Under the pieces are notes generated by a model. The model did no database searches, was not told the origin of the DNA, and saw only the letters and a program-made list of their open reading frames with translations. A program made the translations under genes and the position numbers. DNA of 63,566 nucleotides, the filler included, from an uncultured Myxococcia bacterium (lineage in GTDB: Bacteria; CAZTWC01): the NCBI GenBank assembly GCA_964617105.1. It is 3 parts of 3 records of this genome, joined end to end, with 100 filler letters (N's around TTAATTAATTAA, not from the genome) between each part and the next. Parts side by side here need not be neighbours in the genome. Positions count along the whole stretch, not along the records: positions 13,138 to 43,539 come from CAZTWC010000010.1; 2 more parts are not named here. The stretch is one strand, 5' to 3'. Within the stretch, counting starts at the first letter, position 1; the number at the start of each line of letters is the position of its first letter. This document shows positions 20,083-29,461 of the stretch, one piece after another.

Positions 20083-20268
20083 ATGTCGACAGACAAACGG
20101 AAACAGAGTCTTTATTTTCCAGTGGATATGCTCAAAGAGATCCAAATCGAAGCAACCAGGCTGGATCGATCTCTTTCCTGGATAGTCCAGCAGGGCTGGA
20201 AAATCGCCCGGGATAGGATTAAAGAGTATCCTTCGGTGAATGAGTCCGAGCCTTCATCTAAAGGATGA
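20083..20268 (+). CDS. TIGR04563 (MXAN_4361/4362)-family small protein, ribbon-helix-helix-like
   Basis: DKRKQSLYFP..ML.EI..EA.RLDRSLSWIVQ..WKIAR; GGGAGG RBS. Confidence 0.85.
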   Translation: MSTDKRKQSLYFPVDMLKEIQIEATRLDRSLSWIVQQGWKIARDRIKEYPSVNESEPSSKG

Positions 20269-20342
20269 TAACCATGAACTGGGGAGTGTTGATTAAAAAC
20301 GTTGATAATTGTTTTCTTTATTATTTATACTGGAGGTTTGCC

Positions 20343-20636
20343 ATGATCGGAAAAATGATAGAAAAGATACCACATTTTATAGTAGCAGTTGCTATTCTTT
20401 GTTCACTCAGTTTTCTCTCCGCCGCAGTTAATGCCGCAGAAATTCCTGCTGATAGTCTGGAGAGAGAGTGCCTTTATCAGGTAGAAAAAGAGGTTAAGTT
20501 CTCCTCGGCAGGAGCAAAGGAGGAGATAACTCAGGCAGAAGAGCAAAAGATGATGGCAATTGCCCTGGTTGATCCCCAGTGGGAGTTTGAGAGTTTGATT
20601 TTAACTCTGCTAAGCCTGGAAGATTACCAGTTTTAG
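20343..20636 (+). CDS. Small hypothetical secreted protein
   Basis: GGAGG RBS before ATG 20343; signal-peptide-like segment ending AVNA. Confidence 0.55.
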   Translation: MIGKMIEKIPHFIVAVAILCSLSFLSAAVNAAEIPADSLERECLYQVEKEVKFSSAGAKEEITQAEEQKMMAIALVDPQWEFESLILTLLSLEDYQF

Positions 20637-20674
20637 TTAGTTACCGTCCGAGAATTCAATTTGGGAGTTATTGA

Positions 20675-21307
20675 ATGGGCGAAATAGTCAAAGAAAAAAT
20701 CGAACAGTATTTAGCCGGTATTTGCCAAAGCCGGGATAAGCGGTTGCTGGAGATGGAGGAGATTGCTGATAAGAGCAAGTTTCCTATCATTGGACCAGAG
20801 GTTGGAAGGTTACTCTATATTTTGGCTAAGGCATTAAAGGCCAGGCGAGTGCTGGAGTTGGGTTCAGGATACGGGTACTCGGCCTATTGGTTTGCCCTGG
20901 CTTTACCTCAGGATGGAGTGGTGCATTGTACCGATGTATCTGGAGATAACAAAATTAAAGCCCTTTCATTGTTCGAGTTGAGCGGAATGGGGGACAAAAT
21001 AAAATTCCATCTGGTCAATGCCCTCGATTTTTTGGATACTGTTAACGGGCCTTTTGATATAATTTTTAATGATGTTGACAAGGAATATTATCCACAGGTT
21101 ATAGACAAAATTTATCCTCTCCTCAAGCATAATGGCTTGTTCATAACCGACAATACTCTCTGGCACGGCAAAGTGGCCCAAAAAACTGGCCATGATGAAG
21201 CCACCAGGGCGGTGATTCAATTCAATCAGCAGTTAAGTGAAGATGAACGCTTCGACACTGTTGTGGTTCCTATTCGGGACGGTCTAAGTATCTGTCTGAA
21301 GAAATAA
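20675..21307 (+). CDS. SAM-dependent O-methyltransferase (Methyltransf_3-like)
   Basis: VLELGSGYGYS, FDIIFNDVDK, DNTLWHG, PIRDGL. Confidence 0.9.
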   Translation: MGEIVKEKIEQYLAGICQSRDKRLLEMEEIADKSKFPIIGPEVGRLLYILAKALKARRVLELGSGYGYSAYWFALALPQDGVVHCTDVSGDNKIKALSLFELSGMGDKIKFHLVNALDFLDTVNGPFDIIFNDVDKEYYPQVIDKIYPLLKHNGLFITDNTLWHGKVAQKTGHDEATRAVIQFNQQLSEDERFDTVVVPIRDGLSICLKK

Positions 21308-21314
21308 CTTATAA

Positions 21315-22754
21315 CTAAAATTTTACCGTCATTCCTAATCCCACTTCGTACAGGGGAGGTACAATGGTTAATCCCTGGGTAACTAGTTGGTTGGGCGGGA
21401 TGGTTATGCCGTAGCGGAGTTCTCCGCCTGGGCGGCCAAAGTAATAGTTGAGATAGGCGGTCAGTTGCAGGTGGGTGAGCAGTTTTACCCGGTAGTCGAA
21501 TCGGGTCATATAACTGCTGTCACTTAAGTTGCCCAATCCACTGAGGATAAAGGTGGTATCATCCCAGCGTCCCGGCGCCATTAGCAGAAAGTAGATCCCC
21601 GCGTATTCTCTGCCAATATGGAGAGGGGTGAGAACCCCCTGCAGAAAAAGATAGGGGTAGAGTTGATATTGGCTATATCCGGCCTGGTTGAAAAAATATT
21701 CCAGTCCTACAATCAGGCTGTCTTCATCGCCAAAGGGAATGCTGGCTTCCACCCCGGCCAGTATTTGTCCAATCCACTCCTGGTCCCGGTGATATTTTTC
21801 AGGGAAAATCCCCTGGAAGGGATCGTATTGGCCCCGAAAAAAGGTTTTGGTTTCATTGTGGGTCAAAGAGCCTTCAAAACGAAAATCAAACCAATGGAGG
21901 CCAAAAGAGAGATCTGAGCCTATTTTGAAAGGTTGATTTTTTCGAGTCGCCATTGACAGGGCCCATTCCATCTGTCCTAACAGCATCTCCATCCGCAAGG
22001 CGCCGCCCATTTTCTCTGGAGTGTCGGAACCATCCAATAGCAAAATAGCGTAAAAATTCCAACCCAACGTTTCCAGGGGAAGGTGCAGTTTGACCATATC
22101 AACACCCAGCCGCTGGTCGAAGAAGGCCAGGGGGTCCCGGCGCTGAGAGTTGACAAAGTCGGAGGGGTTCCAAAAATATCCGGTACCCCATTTTAGCGGT
22201 TGGCGGCCCAGAGTTATAAACAGGGTGCGGGCCAGGTCTAATTTTAGCCAAATCTGGTCCAGCGTCACTTTTATTTCCTGGGCTGGTAGCCCCACTTTGG
22301 GTTGGCTATCCTCTTTCTCTTTACCGCGGGCAGTATAGTCATACATTAGTCTGGCGCTGATAAAAACGCGCAGGCGAGGATTAGGACGGCCGTCCACATA
22401 CAGATCCAGCAGGTTGGGGCTTTTAAAGGTATGTTTCAGGGGGTCTCCCTTTTCGCGGATATCATAAACCCATTGCAAATAGAGGCGGGCACCCAAATCA
22501 AGAGTGTTTTCCGCTTGTTGCAACTGGTTGTCGATAAAACCGGAGTCAACTTTGGCAAAGGGATCGTCATCCGGTAAAAAATCGGCATTTTCCGGCTGGG
22601 CAGCGGTGTTGTCATCTTGTCCGCTGCCAAACATCTCCTCTTCCCGGGCATCGTCTTGATTTTTTTGCTGCGGTTGTTGCTGCCCGGAACTGGGTATAAC
22701 CATGGAGATGAGCAATAGGCTGGTCAGAATTACCGTTATGATTGTTTTAGTCAT
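21315..22754 (-). CDS. Putative outer-membrane beta-barrel protein of the ABC/LolA-like cluster
   Basis: Signal peptide, GRQPLKWGTGYFWNPSD motif, C-terminal Phe. Confidence 0.7.
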   Translation of the reverse strand: MTKTIITVILTSLLLISMVIPSSGQQQPQQKNQDDAREEEMFGSGQDDNTAAQPENADFLPDDDPFAKVDSGFIDNQLQQAENTLDLGARLYLQWVYDIREKGDPLKHTFKSPNLLDLYVDGRPNPRLRVFISARLMYDYTARGKEKEDSQPKVGLPAQEIKVTLDQIWLKLDLARTLFITLGRQPLKWGTGYFWNPSDFVNSQRRDPLAFFDQRLGVDMVKLHLPLETLGWNFYAILLLDGSDTPEKMGGALRMEMLLGQMEWALSMATRKNQPFKIGSDLSFGLHWFDFRFEGSLTHNETKTFFRGQYDPFQGIFPEKYHRDQEWIGQILAGVEASIPFGDEDSLIVGLEYFFNQAGYSQYQLYPYLFLQGVLTPLHIGREYAGIYFLLMAPGRWDDTTFILSGLGNLSDSSYMTRFDYRVKLLTHLQLTAYLNYYFGRPGGELRYGITIPPNQLVTQGLTIVPPLYEVGLGMTVKF

Positions 22755-22789
22755 CTATCCTAGCTCCCTTCCCAGGATCAGTTTTTTGT

Positions 22790-23617
22790 TCATCTGCTTT
22801 TACTCTCCAACCAGGCCTTGGTGAATATATTGGCCTTTAAAGGCTTGAGATCCACCTGGCGGAAAACTAAAAGAGTGCGTTTATCCTTTTCAATTTCATC
22901 ATAAATGCGGATTTCCCGGGGAAAATAGATATAATCTTCTTTGCTCTGGCTGAAAAGTTTTTTCCATCCCGGGTAGTACACGGTTCTCATAAGCCGTCCG
23001 GAAAGGGCTTTTTCCTGCACTTTCAGGGGGTTACCAGTTTTACTGTCGATCCACATTTCCACCAGAGGGTAGGCCACATCAGTTCCTTTTTTAGCAGTTA
23101 ATTTCAAATGGTGCACAGCATATTTGCCCAATTTTTCAGCAGCATGATATTTGGCAATATACTCCTCTGCTAATCGTGATTCATCAAAATCTTTACGTCT
23201 GGAACCAGTCCCTCCAATCCGTTCCCGCTCGGTTCTCCGTTCCCATTTGCCCACAGTGGGGTCGTACATAAACAGATTTTTGTTGATACGGAGATAACCT
23301 TTTCCGGCCTCTGATTTTGGCTTTAAAAACAGGATCATCAATTTGTCGTCTTGATCCCGGCGATAAATAACCATTTGATAGACCAGGTCGCTTTTATCCT
23401 TATCTTTTTGCATCATAAAAATAAGCGCCTTGTAATCACCAGAATTTTTCATCCGCTGGTCTATTTTCTGGAGCAGTGTAAGGGCCAGTTTATCTTTGTC
23501 ACTACTATTTTTATCCCCGGTTTTTGCCTCCGCCAGATTAGTTGCCACCATTAGCACCAACAGTATTAGATGAAATGAAAGCAAAGTAGATATTAAGATA
23601 TTTTTAACTCTGATCAT
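22790..23617 (-). CDS. Outer-membrane lipoprotein-sorting (LolA-like) protein
   Basis: Signal peptide; ILFLKPKSEAGKGYLR, IFTKAWLESKSR; GAGG RBS before ATG 23617. Confidence 0.8.
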   Translation of the reverse strand: MIRVKNILISTLLSFHLILLVLMVATNLAEAKTGDKNSSDKDKLALTLLQKIDQRMKNSGDYKALIFMMQKDKDKSDLVYQMVIYRRDQDDKLMILFLKPKSEAGKGYLRINKNLFMYDPTVGKWERRTERERIGGTGSRRKDFDESRLAEEYIAKYHAAEKLGKYAVHHLKLTAKKGTDVAYPLVEMWIDSKTGNPLKVQEKALSGRLMRTVYYPGWKKLFSQSKEDYIYFPREIRIYDEIEKDKRTLLVFRQVDLKPLKANIFTKAWLESKSR

Positions 23618-23690
23618 GGAAAATTCCTCGTAATCGTACAACGTCAACCAGGCATTAAATTTCCGGTTGACCTCAGGGCTCCCTTAGTTC

Positions 23691-25017
23691 TCAATCAACG
23701 TGTTGAATAGCCTTGACCGGCTGCATGCTGGCAGCCTTGAAGGCTGGCCATAGAGAGGCCAGTGATGAGAGAAAAGTGAAAGATAAAATAGCGGTCAGCA
23801 GGTGAAGAGGTTTGACCGACAGGTTTATTTTATCACTCCGCATTGGAGGGGACATTAATTGCAGCAGCATCTATGATAAAGGCCAAGGTTGCCCCCAAAA
23901 TACTGCCTACCGTAGTCGCCATAAGTCCCAGCAGGGCAGCTTCCAGCACAAAGAGGAGCAAAACATTGAATTTTGACATGCCGATAGCCCTGATGGTGCC
24001 AATTTCATTAGTCCGGTCCCGAACTGAGATCCAGATGGTGTTCATAATGCCGATACAGATTATGGCGGCTAAAATTAGCAGCAGAAAATAGGAGATAGCA
24101 TCAAAAGCGGTTAGAATCCATTTTAAAAAGGAGACTTCATCGCTCCACAGGGTCAAGTCCAATTTGATCCCAATCCAATCTTGTCCCTGGACATCTTCGA
24201 ATTTCATAAAAAAAGGCTTGGGATCGTAATCCATCAGGTCAAATCCTTTTTCAACCAGGGTTTTTTGCAGATCTCCCATAACCTGTCCCAACTGGTTAAT
24301 ATCTTTTAAATAGATCATGACCGCACCAGAGGTTTTTTCATCCATGTCATAGAGTTTGTAAAGACTTTTTTTATGAATAAAAAGGCTCCAATTACTGCTG
24401 AAGCCAAAATCTTTGGCCACTGCAGCCACAGTTAGTTGGGTGGCATTAACTCGGCCGCCTGGCAATTCCACGGTAACGGTGAGCAGATCGCCAACCCCAA
24501 CTCCCAGTCTTTTGGCTTGGGCGACGAAAAGAAGAGCATGGCCAGGTTTTTGCAAATCTTCTATCCGTCCATACATAGATTGGGAACCACCTTCCTTATA
24601 CTCGTATTCTGGCGCTGGTTTTATCACCTGCAGAAAGTTCTTTTCTTCTTGCAGGTCAATACCGTACAGGGCCACCTGGAAAGAGGAGGTTTCACTAACT
24701 ACTTTGCCCCAACCTCGAACCCGGTCCACCACATAGTCAAGCCCTTTTACCGTATCCTTTACCAGGTTTTTGATCTTCTCTTTGTCGGTGATCATGGGAT
24801 ATGCATCTGCGGGTTTGGCTTTGAGGAAACCGGCGATATTGATATGACCCGACATAATAGTAGTGGCATTTTTCATCATGGTTTCGGTAAGACCCTGAGA
24901 GAAGGCGAGCAGGATCACCAGCAACATGGTAACTAGCGACAGAGCGCCGGCTAGCAGTAATGTCCGCCGTTTGGCTTGCACCAGGTTTCTAAAGGCGATA
25001 ACCAGCAGTATTTTCAT
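23691..25017 (-). pseudogene. FtsX/MacB-type ABC permease, frameshifted near the 3' end
   Basis: Main frame stops at VPSNAE* (23833); the last TM and tail SDKINLSV...LWPAFKAASMQPVKAIQH continue in another frame to 23691. Confidence 0.75.
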
Positions 25018-25036
25018 CTTATCTTCACTCCTTGCC

Positions 25037-27154
25037 TTACTCTTTGCGCTCAAGCGCGTTAGCTGGTTGGATTTTGGCCGCCAGGTAGGCTGGATAGAGG
25101 GTTGAAACAACGCTGACCAGGGAGATCGTTACAATACCAAGAACAATATGTCGGATCTCCGCGGTAGGGTAAAGCCGGGGACCAGAAAACAGAAAAACCA
25201 GCACGTTGTGAACCGCCGGCAATCCGATTTGCTCCAAATAAAAGATCAGCAGCCACCCCAGCAGGGCTCCTATGCCACCGGCCAATAGACCCAAAAAGAT
25301 AGTTTCCAGCAAAAACAGCAGCAACACAAAACGGGCCTGGGCACCAATGGCCCGCATAGTGCCAATCTCAGTGACTCTCTCCATGGTGGCCATAATCATG
25401 GAGTTGTTGATAATAACCAAAGCCACCAGGAAGATAATGAAAATGGTAGTATAGAGTACTATCCGCACAACGGTAATAAACTGTCCAACAATGCCAGAGG
25501 CCTTTCTCCAGTCGATTACCTGGATACCCAATTGTTTTTTTCTATTTATCCGGTTGATCTCTTCCATGGTTTCAGCCAGGCGGTTTGGATCTTTTAGGAT
25601 AATAGCAGCGTTGAGAAACATCCCCTGTTCCACCTCTTCCTGAGAATAGGTAATCTCTTCAATTGGCTGGCCAGAAGCAGTATTTTTTGAGAGGTCGGGA
25701 AAATCAACAAATTCATCGAATTCAATGCTGTCAGTGGCAGAGATCAGGCTTTCTTCCTGTCCATCCTGTCCAAACAAGGAATCTTCTGCATTTTCCCGGT
25801 TGATATCCTTTACTCCCACCTCCAGGCGGATCGATTCCAGTTCCTGCAAATCTTCTTTACTCATTTTTCCGAACAGTTCCCGGAAAGTTACCAGGTCGGT
25901 AAGGTTAAAAGCGCCGGCTAAATCTGACTTCTCTATCCCCTTAAAACTGAAAGTACCATACACTTTTACGTTAGCCGCTTTGATATAACCGCTTTTCGTG
26001 TAAGTCCGCAAGGTGATGGTGTCACCCACGTTAAAGAAATATAGTTTGATTTTGGGTGCTATTACTTTATAAAAAAAGTGGTAACGATCTTTAATGGTAT
26101 GATCATCCACCAATAAAAATTTTTCGATTAATTGGTTGAGGCTAAGGTCTTTATTTTTTAAAAATTCCTGCAATTCTTTTTTTATCAAGTCAGCATCATC
26201 AGGACTTATTTGAAAGGATATTTTTTTGTAGAGTTTGGCATTTCGTTTTATTTTGGCCTGCAAAATTGGATCTTTGGATATTTTTTTTCCATTTTTTGTC
26301 ACAGCATTAAAGAGTTTATCTAATTCCCGGGCCACTTTGTTTTTTATCCACTTGTCCAGAAAGCCCTGGTTAAATAGAAGACCTTTTTTGCCTTTGGGCA
26401 CCATCTGACCACGTTTAATATAAAAACGGTCGAATTTTTCTTTGAACAGGTGAAGATCAGTGCCTAAAAAGCGCATATAATAGACATTGCCTTCGTAGAG
26501 AAGAGGGGCTACTTCACTTTCTAAAAATTGGAGCGCCATCTCTTGAGAGTTTTTGGATTCCTGGAACTGCTGCCAAAAATCGGGGAGGATTATTTTCTCT
26601 ATTTTGGCCAGATTTTTGGATATTTTTTTTTTGTTCCGGGAAATTTTGGCTAAAAACCGGTATTCCTCTTTCATTTGATTACCGATCTGGAGGATTTTTT
26701 CCTTTTCGGTTGAGGGTATGGTACCTTTCTCCTTTAAACTCTGTCGTAGATTGTCAATGGCCAGGTCCAGGTCGTTGCCAGTGGTGAGCATGGACAGTTG
26801 GATGCCCATGGGAACAATTGATTCAATGTTATCCAGGGTATATAGAGCCTGTTTTATTTTATGAAAATTGGGCAGGGATCCATAATCGTCAGAAGCCATA
26901 AAACCGCTGCCAAAAATAGCCAGTTCATCTTTAGCCTGGCTGGAGTATATCTGCAGATGGCCGGTAACGCTGGAAGTAAGACTCCTGGTCATTGATGTTT
27001 CTATGCTGTCTAAAAGAGAGGAACCTACCACGATTAAAAAGGTACCAAACAATATAATGGAGCCGATGATCATGCTCTTTATTCGCTGGGAGAACATATT
27101 ACGCAGCGCGATCAATAAGGCAACTTTAATGGTAGAAAAAAACATAGATTTCAC
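25037..27154 (-). CDS. FtsX/MacB-type ABC permease with large periplasmic domain
   Basis: IALRNM, ERVTEIGTMRAIG, YPAYLAAKIQP. Confidence 0.88.
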   Translation of the reverse strand: MKSMFFSTIKVALLIALRNMFSQRIKSMIIGSIILFGTFLIVVGSSLLDSIETSMTRSLTSSVTGHLQIYSSQAKDELAIFGSGFMASDDYGSLPNFHKIKQALYTLDNIESIVPMGIQLSMLTTGNDLDLAIDNLRQSLKEKGTIPSTEKEKILQIGNQMKEEYRFLAKISRNKKKISKNLAKIEKIILPDFWQQFQESKNSQEMALQFLESEVAPLLYEGNVYYMRFLGTDLHLFKEKFDRFYIKRGQMVPKGKKGLLFNQGFLDKWIKNKVARELDKLFNAVTKNGKKISKDPILQAKIKRNAKLYKKISFQISPDDADLIKKELQEFLKNKDLSLNQLIEKFLLVDDHTIKDRYHFFYKVIAPKIKLYFFNVGDTITLRTYTKSGYIKAANVKVYGTFSFKGIEKSDLAGAFNLTDLVTFRELFGKMSKEDLQELESIRLEVGVKDINRENAEDSLFGQDGQEESLISATDSIEFDEFVDFPDLSKNTASGQPIEEITYSQEEVEQGMFLNAAIILKDPNRLAETMEEINRINRKKQLGIQVIDWRKASGIVGQFITVVRIVLYTTIFIIFLVALVIINNSMIMATMERVTEIGTMRAIGAQARFVLLLFLLETIFLGLLAGGIGALLGWLLIFYLEQIGLPAVHNVLVFLFSGPRLYPTAEIRHIVLGIVTISLVSVVSTLYPAYLAAKIQPANALERKE

Positions 27155-27840
27155 CCAGCATCGATTTCAGTGATTTTGCCGTCCAAAAGTTTAATGATCC
27201 GGTTAGCGTGCTCCATCACCTTGGTGTCATGGGTGGAGAAGATAAAGGTGGTTTTGCTTTCAAGGTTGATCTTTTTCATCAGTTCAATAATGTTCAAACC
27301 GGTGGCTGAGTCCAGGTTGGCAGTTGGTTCATCGGCCAAAACTATATTTGGGGTACCTACCAGGGCTCTGGCAATGGCAACCCTTTGCCGTTGTCCACCG
27401 GAAAGTTCATTGGGTCTTTGATATGTTTGATCCTGCAGCCCCACTTTTTCCACCATGTCCAGCACCATCCGTCTCCGCTCCTCTTTGCTGTAACTCCCTT
27501 GCAGTAAAAGGGGAAATTCTACATTTTGATAGAGGTTTAAAACCGGGATCAGATTGAAATTTTGAAATATAAAGCCCAGTTTGTGGAGCCGCAATTCGGT
27601 AAGAGCCCGGTCGCTCAACTCCTGGGTGGACTGGTTATCGATCAGCACCTCTCCATGGGAGGGTTTGTCCATACAGCCTATTAGGTTCAACAGGGTGGTT
27701 TTGCCACTACCCGAAGGTCCCATAATAACTGTAAATTCACCCTCCATGATCTCCATGCTGATCTCTTTTAAAGCGTTAACCGTTAACTTACCCAAAGGGT
27801 AGTCTTTGGAAACCTTGGATAAACTGACTATTGCCGTCAT
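27151..27840 (-). CDS. LolD/MacB-like ABC transporter ATP-binding protein
   Basis: GPSGSGKTT, LSGGQRQRVAIARAL, DEPTANLD; start MTAIV. Confidence 0.93.
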   Translation of the reverse strand: MTAIVSLSKVSKDYPLGKLTVNALKEISMEIMEGEFTVIMGPSGSGKTTLLNLIGCMDKPSHGEVLIDNQSTQELSDRALTELRLHKLGFIFQNFNLIPVLNLYQNVEFPLLLQGSYSKEERRRMVLDMVEKVGLQDQTYQRPNELSGGQRQRVAIARALVGTPNIVLADEPTANLDSATGLNIIELMKKINLESKTTFIFSTHDTKVMEHANRIIKLLDGKITEIDAG

Positions 27841-28055
27841 TTGGTTATTTCCTTTGGGCTCACGCAAAGTTATTTTTAAATGAGCCGTAGTTTTGAGCTT
27901 GACCATTAATATATGCTCATGTTTATATATTACTCTTGTTTTTTGTCAACATAAGATGCTTTTGATAACCATAACTCTTGGTTGGTAAGCATTGTTAATT
28001 ACTATACATTCTGCGAATATTAAGTGCAGAAAATAAATTTTGGGAGGTATAATAC

Positions 28056-29459
28056 ATGTCTCTAACTTCGATCCTGGTAATAGCAGGTGCCATAACGGTT
28101 TTTTTGGCTTTTATTTTACTTCTAATGGCAAAGTTTTACTGCAAAGTAGGACCCAACCAGGTATTGGTTATATCCGGAGGTCGCAAGAGGACAGTGGAAG
28201 ATGTTGATGGCCGGGTTAAGAAAGTTGGGTACCGGCTTCATTTGGGAGGTGGTACTTTTCTTCTTCCTTTTATAGAAAAGGCTGACACACTTCCCTTAGA
28301 TGTGGTGGATTTGCCGGTCAAAACTCCAGAGGTACTTACCAGCGAAGGGGTTCCTATCATGGTAGATGCTACTGCCCAAGTTAAAGTAAAAAGCGATGAT
28401 CAATCTATACGCAAGGCAGCGGAACAATTTTTGGCCTGTGGGATAGAGGGGATCCGCAAGGTGGCTGGTAATGTGATTGAAGGGCAGGTGCGCTCTCTGA
28501 TTGGAACCAAAAGGGCAGTTGAAATTTTTCGGGGTAGACGGGAGTTTGGCGAGGACCTGGAAAAATTGGCGCAAAAAGATTTTGACAAGATGGGATTGGA
28601 ACTTATCTCCTTTGCTCTGAAAGATATTTCTGACAACCAGGGGTATTTGGAATCCATGGGTAAACCAGAAATTGCCGCGGTCAAAAGAGATGCAACGGTG
28701 GCCCAGGCTGAAGCAGAAAAAGATGCTTTGATAAAATCGGCTGAAGCCAAAAAATTAGGTGATATTGCCAAACTGAAGGCCGAGGCGGAGATCGCCAAAA
28801 TCGCCTGGGAAAACGATGCCAAAAAATCTATGTCTCAGATGGAAGTTCACAAAGTAAAGGCCAAGGCAGATCTCTCCTACGATCTGGAGCGTTATAAGGT
28901 CTCCCAAGAGGTGAAACGAGAGGAATATAACGTCAAGCGGATAGAGAAGGAGGAGGCCATCAAGGTGGAGGAGCAGGAGGTACTGCGTAAGGAGAAAGAA
29001 TTGGAGGCTACGGTGGTAAAACCGGCGCAGGCCAGGAAACTGCAGGAACAGGCTGAGGCTGATGCCCAATATTACCGGATGGGTGCGGAGTCAAGAAGCC
29101 GGGCAACGGCTATTAAGGCGGAGGGGGAGGCCAATGCCGACAAGACTCGCCTGCAAGGAGAGGCAGAAGCGGAAGCTATGCATAAAAAAGCCCAGGCCTG
29201 GAGCAATTACAATCAAGCCGCCATTTATCAAATGGTAATGGATGTTTTGCCAGAGTTGGCCAAATCGGTATCAGAACCCTTGTCAAAGGTTGATAAAATA
29301 GTGGTTTTCGGTGGTCAAAACGGAGACTTAGGAACCTCAAAAGTAACCAGAGAGGTTTCTAATATTCTCACTCAATTGCCCGACTTGGTGGAGGCTATGA
29401 CCGGCGTTGATATCAAAAAGATTTTACAGGATAAACTACAGCAAACTGAAGAGGAATAG
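28056..29459 (+). CDS. Flotillin (SPFH + coiled-coil) protein
   Basis: N-terminal TM, SPFH domain, AEA-rich repeats, EPLSKVDKI, LTQLP..VEAMTGVD. Confidence 0.92.
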   Translation: MSLTSILVIAGAITVFLAFILLLMAKFYCKVGPNQVLVISGGRKRTVEDVDGRVKKVGYRLHLGGGTFLLPFIEKADTLPLDVVDLPVKTPEVLTSEGVPIMVDATAQVKVKSDDQSIRKAAEQFLACGIEGIRKVAGNVIEGQVRSLIGTKRAVEIFRGRREFGEDLEKLAQKDFDKMGLELISFALKDISDNQGYLESMGKPEIAAVKRDATVAQAEAEKDALIKSAEAKKLGDIAKLKAEAEIAKIAWENDAKKSMSQMEVHKVKAKADLSYDLERYKVSQEVKREEYNVKRIEKEEAIKVEEQEVLRKEKELEATVVKPAQARKLQEQAEADAQYYRMGAESRSRATAIKAEGEANADKTRLQGEAEAEAMHKKAQAWSNYNQAAIYQMVMDVLPELAKSVSEPLSKVDKIVVFGGQNGDLGTSKVTREVSNILTQLPDLVEAMTGVDIKKILQDKLQQTEEE

Positions 29460-29461
29460 AG

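Noticed and set aside
23830-23838. Selenocysteine readthrough of the permease TGA
   Set aside because: TGA is immediately followed by TAA and the missing tail is in another frame
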